In this document: in pieces, positions 25,337 to 32,000 of the stretch
Layout: each line of letters opens with the position of its first letter
Position numbering within the stretch: position 1 is the stretch's first letter
DNA from: Acaryochloris thomasi RCC1774
Lineage (GTDB): Bacteria; Cyanobacteriota; Cyanobacteriia; Thermosynechococcales; Thermosynechococcaceae
NCBI RefSeq assembly: GCF_003231495.1
Contig: NZ_PQWO01000017.1
Span: forward strand, 65,794 to 97,793
Direction: 5' to 3'
DNA length: 32,000 nt
Notes under the pieces: generated by a model
Told to the model about the DNA's origin: nothing
Database searches by the model: none
The model's input: only the letters and a program-made list of their open reading frames with translations
Made by a program: the position numbers and the translations under genes

Positions 25337-26923
25337 TCACAACGAAAATTCATCAAATTTAAGGGCGGGCGCATCTGGCTTCTGAGTATCAAAGCGATAG
25401 CTGCTGACGGTACCCGTTCCCGTATCGAGAATGGTGAAGACGGTGATGCTGTTACTAGCGATATAGGGTAGCGGTTGACCGGTCAGACCTTTCAGCGGAG
25501 CGATTGTCGGTACAACTGGCTCCAAACCGTTGGGGTTCCCCGTCGCCGCGTAGTTCTCTTGATAGGTAGCAGGGACAATACGGCTATGGTCTCTGACAGC
25601 AGCGCCATAGGAGTTGCCGACATTTGACGTTTCTAAATAGTGAGTTCCGGTCTGGCTCACAAAGCGATTCCATAAATGACAGTGGCCGTAGAGGGCAAGC
25701 TGCACACCCGCTTCTTCGAGCAGCGGCAAAATATCATGCATCAGATAATCTGCGTCCTGCGGATACTCGTAGCGAACCCTTCGAACTTGACCTGCCGCAT
25801 CTCGATCAATCACCGGCACCGGATCTGTGTAGGCAGGCACGACATTTCCACCCAGTGAATGCACCGGATGATGCCACATGGCAACTTTATACTTGGCCTT
25901 CTGAAAGGCTTCACTTTTTAACTCTGTCTGCAGCCACTGATATTGAGGGCTGTTCGGCGCGATGGATTCAAAAATATGCTGACCGTGGCCCCACTGGTCT
26001 GGGTGTTGCAAATCTTGCTCTCTCTCCTGATACTTGCCTTTGGTCGAAGACGTGAGGGCCGGAGACCGAAAGACATTGGCAACGTAGAGAACAATCAGCC
26101 GCACATCCCCAAAGGTAACCGCGTAATACTTAGGGGCATCCACTGAGCCAAAGATTTCATCATAGGTAATTGTGTTGAAGCTCTGATCACGAAGCGAGTT
26201 TTGCTGCGCAGCGGCAGATACCGGAACCGGATCTTTGAACTGGGCATGTAAACTATGGTGCTCAGAGTAACGCCCCATGACCTCATGATTGCCTACCGCC
26301 GTAAAAATGGGCGCATTCTGAAGCAATTCTCCGCCACGATATGCGCCCCCCGCTCGCCCCTGAAGACAGCGAAACCACGCATTGCCCCGCGCATCGTCAA
26401 ACCACTCAGACGCACGATCCGGCACATTCACAAGGTCTCCAGCATAAAAAACGGCATTCACTGGGCCAATCGTTTCCATAACCTTTTGGAGATTAGCTGC
26501 GACCATTGGCTTGAGCTGATGGTCAGAGGTCAGCAAGATCTTTAAGGCCGTCCCCATGGCAGGAGCAGGAGCCAGGGTAAATGAACGACTCTGAATAACG
26601 CCCCCATCCTCATGGATGCTTTCAACATAATAGAAATGCTTTTGGCCTGGAACTAACCCTGTGACAGTTGCTGCATGCCTCCAGACCAAACGCAGCTGGG
26701 GAGCCTCTGTCATCTGGAGTGTGGAGTCTAGACGGGACTGAGCGTCTTCACGCGCGCGCGTGAGCTGTGTCGTTGTTGCCCTCTGCTCTAGCCCTTCGCC
26801 ATAGATGACTCGGTGTTTGATGCCTCGAAATTCAGTGAACCAGGCCACCGTAATTGAAGTGGATGTCGGCTGCAGGAGCCACGGATCAGTGAGGAGCTGA
26901 GGGGCCCGAAGTGGCGTCATCAT
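25337..26923 (-). CDS. Calcineurin-like metallophosphoesterase with a purple-acid-phosphatase-type N-terminal domain
   Basis: The ordered motifs are TSDHQ, YAGDLVN, VGNHE, MWHHP and YGHCH. The N-terminal beta-domain is PTSTSITVAWFTE...FYYV. ATG 26923 or 26920 is preferred over the TTG at 26935. No signal peptide was seen. Confidence 0.8.
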   Translation of the reverse strand: MMTPLRAPQLLTDPWLLQPTSTSITVAWFTEFRGIKHRVIYGEGLEQRATTTQLTRAREDAQSRLDSTLQMTEAPQLRLVWRHAATVTGLVPGQKHFYYVESIHEDGGVIQSRSFTLAPAPAMGTALKILLTSDHQLKPMVAANLQKVMETIGPVNAVFYAGDLVNVPDRASEWFDDARGNAWFRCLQGRAGGAYRGGELLQNAPIFTAVGNHEVMGRYSEHHSLHAQFKDPVPVSAAAQQNSLRDQSFNTITYDEIFGSVDAPKYYAVTFGDVRLIVLYVANVFRSPALTSSTKGKYQEREQDLQHPDQWGHGQHIFESIAPNSPQYQWLQTELKSEAFQKAKYKVAMWHHPVHSLGGNVVPAYTDPVPVIDRDAAGQVRRVRYEYPQDADYLMHDILPLLEEAGVQLALYGHCHLWNRFVSQTGTHYLETSNVGNSYGAAVRDHSRIVPATYQENYAATGNPNGLEPVVPTIAPLKGLTGQPLPYIASNSITVFTILDTGTGTVSSYRFDTQKPDAPALKFDEFSL

Positions 26924-27036
26924 GATGAAGTCCAATTTTTGAGGCGTTCAGTCAGGGTAAAATTCACAAGGCGCTGTCGAATGATAGGCGATAGCACCGA
27001 TAACGTCATGCTCAACGTAACGCTGAATTCATCTCT

Positions 27037-27870
27037 ATGTCTATTGCCTGGCAGTCGGTCAAAACCTACGAAGATATTCTCTACCACAAAGCAGATGGCA
27101 TTGCGAAAATCACGATTAATCGGCCCCACAAACGCAATGCTTTCCGGCCCCAAACCGTCTTTGAAATGTATGCCGCTTTTACCGATGCCCGCGAAGACCC
27201 CAAGATTGGCGTTATTCTACTGACCGGAGCCGGTCCTCACACAGACGGCAAGTATGCTTTTTGCTCTGGGGGTGACCAAAGTGTGAGAGGTGAGGCTGGA
27301 TACGTCGATGAATCAGGTGTTCCGCGCCTAAATGTTTTAGATTTGCAGCGCCTGATCCGGTCGATTCCTAAGGTCGTCATTGCGCTAGTGGCAGGCTATG
27401 CAATTGGAGGCGGTCACGTGCTTCATGTGATCTGCGATCTGACGATTGCGGCTGACAACGCTATTTTCGGCCAAACCGGTCCTAAAGTGGGAAGCTTTGA
27501 TGGTGGATTCGGAGCTAGCTATCTTGCTCGACTCGTGGGGCAGAAGAAGGCCCGTGAAATCTGGTTCCTCTGCCGTCAGTATAGTGCCCAAGAGGCAATG
27601 GAGATGGGCTTAGTAAACTGCGTTGTCCCTATCGCTGAACTCGAAGCTGAAGGCGTACGCTGGGCTAATGAGATTCTAGATAAAAGTCCGCTGGCGATTC
27701 GCTGTCTCAAATCTGCCTTTAATGCAGACTGTGACGGTCAAGCAGGGCTACAAGAGTTGGCGGGCAATGCAACGATGCTGTACTACATGAATGAAGAAGG
27801 CAGTGAAGGCAAGTCTGCTTTTTTAGAGAAGCGCGATCCAAATTTTCGACAGTTCCCTTGGCGACCTTGA
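27037..27870 (+). CDS. menB: 1,4-dihydroxy-2-naphthoyl-CoA synthase (phylloquinone pathway)
   Basis: Crotonase fold with MenB-typical strings: [32 protein letters not shown] and [14 protein letters not shown]. Confidence 0.92.
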   Translation: MSIAWQSVKTYEDILYHKADGIAKITINRPHKRNAFRPQTVFEMYAAFTDAREDPKIGVILLTGAGPHTDGKYAFCSGGDQSVRGEAGYVDESGVPRLNVLDLQRLIRSIPKVVIALVAGYAIGGGHVLHVICDLTIAADNAIFGQTGPKVGSFDGGFGASYLARLVGQKKAREIWFLCRQYSAQEAMEMGLVNCVVPIAELEAEGVRWANEILDKSPLAIRCLKSAFNADCDGQAGLQELAGNATMLYYMNEEGSEGKSAFLEKRDPNFRQFPWRP

Positions 27871-28084
27871 GGTATAGCGGTACACGTATTGATTAGGACA
27901 TAAAGATGGCTGAAACCCATCTCTAAAGAAGGGCTGTGCTAAAGGAGGGCTGTCCTAACTCAGCCGGGTACTGCTATAACTGTGCTCCATTTATCTCATA
28001 TTTCTTGAACTCTGATATTGCTGGCGAGAATGGCTCAGGTTCCGAGCTTCCGCTCCGCGAGATAGTAAAATGGCGTCATTTTGC

Positions 28085-28100
28085 ATAGTCTTAAGTCTAT
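28085..28100. promoter_or_regulatory. ATAG-N8-CTAT box (NdhR/CcmR-type LysR site), distal
   Basis: gcATAGtcttaagtCTATgc. It is part of the larger palindrome GCATAG-N8-CTATGC, 331 nt upstream of the bicA ATG. Confidence 0.5.
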
Positions 28101-28230
28101 GCTTTTGATAAAAAAGGTTGCCTTGAGTCTATTGCCGGTGGCGTTTATGATTTAAGACAGTTAACAATACTTGATTAATTAATGCTGCGAGGCAACAATA
28201 TGACTTCGGGCTTTTTCTTTTCTTTTATCT

Positions 28231-28246
28231 ATAGATTTTTTTCTAT
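28231..28246. promoter_or_regulatory. ATAG-N8-CTAT box (NdhR/CcmR-type LysR site), proximal
   Basis: tctATAGatttttttCTATctc, 185 nt upstream of the bicA ATG. Confidence 0.5.
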
Positions 28247-28430
28247 CTCACAAGTGAAACGGATAGTTTTGCCGACAGGGGTTCAGGTGCGCAATCCCCC
28301 TCTTTTGGTTCTCTATTCTTCTTGACGCCAGGGTATTGTTGAAGTCAGAGCGCTTCTAATCGAATTCTCTATTGATAGCTAGAACGATTGGGTGCTGCTC
28401 CCTTAACTCCGTCGTTTTTAATCATGCTTT

Positions 28431-30125
28431 ATGCAACTGACTAATAAAATTCATTTTCGCAATTTACGCGGTGACATCTTTGGCGGTGCCACCGCAGCCG
28501 TTATTGCTCTGCCAATGGCTCTGGCCTTTGGTGTTGCCTCTGGTGCGGGTGCAGCGTCGGGTCTCTGGGGGGCCGTTATTGTTGGCTTCTTTGCCGCTCT
28601 GTTTGGGGGGACACCCACGCTGATCTCTGAACCCACTGGCCCGATGACGGTGGTGATGACAGCGGTAATTGCAAACCTAACGGCAGCAAATCCCGAGAAC
28701 GGTTTGGCAATGGCCTTTACCGTTGTCATGATGGCCGGTGTGTTCCAGATCATTTTTGGATCGCTGCGGCTCGGTAGGTATGTCACGATGATGCCCTATA
28801 CGGTGATTTCGGGCTTTATGTCCGGGATTGGCATCATTCTTGTGATTCTGCAGTTGGCTCCATTCTTAGGGCAGGCTAGCCCGAAAGGGGGCGTGATTGG
28901 CACCCTGCAGGCGATTCCTGAGCTGATCTCGAACATTCAGCTCGGGGAGACGGGGCTAGCTGTGATGACGGTTGCCATCATTTGGTTTATGCCATCAAAG
29001 TTCAAGCGCTTTGTACCACCTCAACTCGTTGCTCTAATTGTCGGTACCGTTATTGGGTTTGTGCTGTTCCCAGACGCAGAGGCGATTCGCCGAATTGGTG
29101 AAATTACCGCTGGCTTCCCTGCGCTCCAGCTCCCACGGTTTAGTGGCGACCAGCTTCAGCTTATGTTTGTTGATGCAGCGGTCTTAGGAATGCTGGGCTG
29201 TATTGATGCTCTACTCACATCAGTCGTTGCCGATAGTTTAACTCGCACTGAGCACGACTCTAATAAGGAGCTGATTGGTCAAGGCATTGGTAATATCATG
29301 TCTGGCTTGTTTGGCGGTATTGCTGGGGCCGGGGCTACGATGGGTACGGTGGTCAACATCCAGGCAGGAGGACGTTCAGCGTTATCAGGTCTAGTAAGAG
29401 CTGGCATGTTGCTCGTTGTGATTCTAGGTGCAGCAAAGTTAGCGGCCATGATTCCGCTCGCGGTCCTGGCGGGGATTGCCCTCAAGGTCGGTATTGACAT
29501 TATTGACTGGGACTTTTTAAAGCGAGCCCATCAAATTTCCATAAAAGCGGCCCTGATCATGTATGGGGTCATTATCCTCACAGTTTTGGTGGACCTGATT
29601 ACAGCAGTGGGTGTTGGCATTTTCGTTGCGAATGTTCTCACCATTGATCGGATGAGCGCATTACGCTCGGAGTCGGTCAAAGCGATTAGCGATGCTGACG
29701 ATGCCGTTCGCCTAAATGCCAACGAGAAGCGCTGGTTAGATGAAGCCAACGGTCGGGTTCTATTATTCCAGTTGAGTGGCCCTATGATTTTCGGAGTCGC
29801 CAAGGCGATCTCGAGAGAACACCACGCCATTGGAGAGTGCGATGCGATTGTTTTTGACCTCAGTGAAGTGCCACACATGGGCGTGACCTCTTCTCTGGCG
29901 CTCGAAAACGCGGTGAAGGAAGCTGCCGAGAGCGATCGCACCGTCTACATCGTCGGTGCGGCGGGACAAACCAAGCGTCGCTTAGAGAAGATGAACGTCT
30001 TGAGCTTGATTCCTCCCCAGAATCTATACATGGATCGAGCAGAGGCATTAAAGGCCGCAGCGTCCGTAACCTTCTCAGCATCTAATCGCCCCTCACCTGG
30101 GCTAGATGTCTCACCGACCCTCTAG
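28431..30125 (+). CDS. bicA: SulP-family Na+-dependent bicarbonate transporter BicA (with C-terminal STAS domain)
   Basis: It is near-collinear with Synechococcus PCC 7002 BicA as I remember it. Matching strings are MQLTNKIHFRNLRGDIFGG..AAVIALPMALAFGVASGAG, GTPTLISEPTGPMTVVM, MMPYTVISGFMSGIGIILVILQL and LFQLSGPMIFGVAKAI. Confidence 0.93.
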   Translation: MQLTNKIHFRNLRGDIFGGATAAVIALPMALAFGVASGAGAASGLWGAVIVGFFAALFGGTPTLISEPTGPMTVVMTAVIANLTAANPENGLAMAFTVVMMAGVFQIIFGSLRLGRYVTMMPYTVISGFMSGIGIILVILQLAPFLGQASPKGGVIGTLQAIPELISNIQLGETGLAVMTVAIIWFMPSKFKRFVPPQLVALIVGTVIGFVLFPDAEAIRRIGEITAGFPALQLPRFSGDQLQLMFVDAAVLGMLGCIDALLTSVVADSLTRTEHDSNKELIGQGIGNIMSGLFGGIAGAGATMGTVVNIQAGGRSALSGLVRAGMLLVVILGAAKLAAMIPLAVLAGIALKVGIDIIDWDFLKRAHQISIKAALIMYGVIILTVLVDLITAVGVGIFVANVLTIDRMSALRSESVKAISDADDAVRLNANEKRWLDEANGRVLLFQLSGPMIFGVAKAISREHHAIGECDAIVFDLSEVPHMGVTSSLALENAVKEAAESDRTVYIVGAAGQTKRRLEKMNVLSLIPPQNLYMDRAEALKAAASVTFSASNRPSPGLDVSPTL

Positions 30126-30245
30126 ATCTGGTGGTTATCAGCAGGTATTGACTTCAGGGCTTAGAGCAATGCCTGCTAGACCCATCATTTTCCTAGCTTC
30201 GATTTCTATTGCTGACTAATCACTCCTCATCTAAGGTGTTCTACC

Positions 30246-31667
30246 ATGCTATCGATGACTCGTTTGATGATTCCTGGCGAGGGGCCTCCGATGCCCTCTC
30301 TCCTTGCAACCACACCAGAGGCAGAGTATGCCCCCTTTGTCCTCACGGGCGTTTTGCTAACGCTCATTATCGTTTATCTGATGAGTAAGCTGGGGGGCGA
30401 ACTCTCAAAACGTCTCGACCTGCCGCCTGTTCTAGGTGAACTTGTGGGGGGTGTGATCGTAGGCGTTTCTGCTCTACACCTAATTGTTTTCCCCGAGGCA
30501 GGAGCTGCAGCAACGGACTCTTTGTTGATGACGACGCTGCAGTGGCTGGGGGATCTAGATGCTGAAGCGGTCGCCCATATCTTTACAAGTCAGAGCGAAG
30601 TGATTTCCGTCTTGGCCGAGCTGGGCGTGATCGTGCTGCTGTTTGAAATCGGTCTAGAATCCGACCTGCGAGAGCTGGGCAAGGTGGGCTATCAGGCAGC
30701 CATTGTCGCGGTGGTGGGAGTGGTTGCTCCTTTCACGTTAGGAACAGTCGGACTGGTGGTGTTCTTTCACGTACCGATTATTCCAGCCATTTTTGCAGGC
30801 GCGGCTCTAACGGCAACCAGTATCGGCATTACGTCAAAAGTACTGTCAGAGTTGGGTCATCTGAAATCAACCGAAGGACAGATTATTGTCGGAGCCGCTG
30901 TCATTGATGACGTACTGGGCATTATCATTCTGGCGGTGGTGGCGAGCTTAGCCAAGACGGGTGAAGTGGATTTGGTCAATGTTGTGGTGCTGATCGTCAG
31001 CGCAACGGCCTTTTTGTTGGGTTCCATCTTGCTGGGTAAGTTTTTTAATCAGAGCTTTGTTGCGATCGCAGATAAACTCCAGACCCGAGGGGCTTTACTG
31101 GTTCCTGCATTTACCTTTGCCCTAGCGATGGCCTGCCTTGCCAGCGTCATTCACTTAGAGGCAATCTTGGGGGCCTTTGCTGCCGGTCTGGTACTAGACG
31201 AAACTGACAAACGCAAAGAACTCGATCAGCAGGTGATGCCTATTGCCGATATTTTAGTGCCTATCTTTTTTGTGACAGTTGGTGCCAAAGCCAACCTCGG
31301 CGTACTCAACCCCACCGTACCTGAGAACCGAGCAGGTTTGGTCATTGCGGCCTTTCTACTCGTCGTTGCCATCGTCGGGAAAGTCGTCACAGGCTGGACC
31401 ATCTTTGGTAAGCCAGGCATCAATCGACTTGCCGTCGGCGTGGGCATGATTCCTCGGGGTGAAGTCGGTCTGGTCTTTGCAGGTATTGGGTCCGCCAGCG
31501 GTGCCTTAAGCGCTCCGCTGGAAGCCGCCATTATTGTGATGGTTATTCTGACGACTTTTCTGGCTCCCCCCCTGTTGCAGCTGTCTCTGAAAAATCAGGA
31601 GAGCATCACACCTGAAGAAAGTGATAGCGAAGAGGGTGAAAACGCTGCTGTGCCTGTAGTGAAGTGA
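30246..31667 (+). CDS. Cation:proton antiporter (CPA2 / NhaS3-like Na+/H+ exchanger)
   Basis: 473 aa with about 12 TM helices and Na_H_Exchanger-family strings (LPPVLGELVGGVIVG; LLFEIGLE; AAVIDDVLGIIILA). An alternative start is ATG 30291. Confidence 0.8.
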   Translation: MLSMTRLMIPGEGPPMPSLLATTPEAEYAPFVLTGVLLTLIIVYLMSKLGGELSKRLDLPPVLGELVGGVIVGVSALHLIVFPEAGAAATDSLLMTTLQWLGDLDAEAVAHIFTSQSEVISVLAELGVIVLLFEIGLESDLRELGKVGYQAAIVAVVGVVAPFTLGTVGLVVFFHVPIIPAIFAGAALTATSIGITSKVLSELGHLKSTEGQIIVGAAVIDDVLGIIILAVVASLAKTGEVDLVNVVVLIVSATAFLLGSILLGKFFNQSFVAIADKLQTRGALLVPAFTFALAMACLASVIHLEAILGAFAAGLVLDETDKRKELDQQVMPIADILVPIFFVTVGAKANLGVLNPTVPENRAGLVIAAFLLVVAIVGKVVTGWTIFGKPGINRLAVGVGMIPRGEVGLVFAGIGSASGALSAPLEAAIIVMVILTTFLAPPLLQLSLKNQESITPEESDSEEGENAAVPVVK

Positions 31668-31768
31668 ACAGATCGAAAATATCTGGGGAGCTTAACGCCG
31701 CCGCAGTAGAGGTAATACGCTTCCCCCTTACTTTATTCAACTTTTTTTAATTAAGGAGGAATTACAAC

Positions 31769-32000
31769 GTGGATTTTTTGTCTGATTTTTTGACGCTCTT
31801 TTTGGCGAAGTTGCAGTCCCCGACACTTGGCTTTCTGATTGGTGGCATGGTCGTTGCCGCCGTCAATAGCCGCCTGACCATTCCAGATCCGATTTATAAG
31901 TTCATCGTCTTCATGCTGCTGCTAAAAGTTGGCCTGAGCGGTGGTATTGCAATCCGCGAGGCCAATCTAGCAGAGATGCTGTTGCCCGCAGCGTTCGCCA
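31769..32000 (+). CDS. sbtA: Na+-dependent bicarbonate transporter SbtA (N-terminal 77 codons; continues beyond the window)
   Basis: Not in the ORF track because it is open at the edge. The GTG start at 31769 is preceded by AAGGAGGA (31753-31760). The translation (M)DFLSDFLTLFLAKLQSPTLGFLIGGMVVAAVNSRLTIPDPIYKFIVFMLLLKVGLSGGIAIREANLAEMLLPAAFA closely tracks the Synechocystis SbtA N-terminus as I remember it. Confidence 0.85.
   Translation, partial: MDFLSDFLTLFLAKLQSPTLGFLIGGMVVAAVNSRLTIPDPIYKFIVFMLLLKVGLSGGIAIREANLAEMLLPAAFA

Noticed and set aside
26748-26763. Palindrome TCACGCGCGCGCGTGA with a (CG)5 core, a potential Z-DNA or regulatory element
   Set aside because: It lies inside the metallophosphoesterase CDS, where it encodes ..TRARED... 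It is a single occurrence with no supporting context.
28200-28325. 41-aa Phe-rich small ORF (MTSGFFFSFIYRFFSISQVKRIVLPTGVQVRNPPLLVLYSS) in the bicA leader, considered as a leader peptide
   Set aside because: The Phe richness simply reflects T-runs, no RBS is present, and it spans the proposed ATAG-N8-CTAT box. It cannot be supported without ribosome profiling.

Overview
This 32-kb window is cyanobacterial chromosome. Support: 16 copies of the HIP1 octamer GCGATCGC and unmistakable cyanobacterial gene content. Most of it is core, syntenic housekeeping DNA. In order:
- A partial Zn-alcohol dehydrogenase.
- A PEP-CTERM-like secreted protein, an alpha/beta hydrolase, GrpB, a GNAT, miaE and ruvC.
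- tkt, fabF and acpP.
- An HdrB/SdhC-like CCG protein, prs, ftsZ and ftsQ.
- msrP, a CrtD-like desaturase, desC, tRNA-Thr(UGU) and menB.

Four parts look accessory or regulatory and deserve a second look.
1. 17.4-19.4 kb: a frameshifted IS6-family element and a 289-bp truncated direct copy bracket an AT-rich cargo. The cargo encodes a His-rich secreted protein.
2. 19.6-21.8 kb: an unusually long TetR-family protein whose C-terminal half looks by eye like a catalytically dead tyrosine-recombinase fold. It is divergent from desC. The intergenic region holds two exact copies of a 17-bp palindrome-containing box, and a third perfect palindrome with the same arms lies inside the TetR gene.
3. 23.1-25.3 kb: a BlaI/CopY-type repressor plus a sensor-less M56 protease (PetR/PetP-like architecture), followed closely by a methyltransferase-fold gene.
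4. 27.9-32.0 kb: a same-strand bicA / Na+:H+ antiporter / sbtA run. It is preceded by a 560-bp AT-rich leader with two perfect ATAG-N8-CTAT (NdhR/CcmR-type) boxes.

I saw no CRISPR array, rRNA gene or recognisable defence system. All functional calls come from by-eye motif and family recognition, and no database search was possible.
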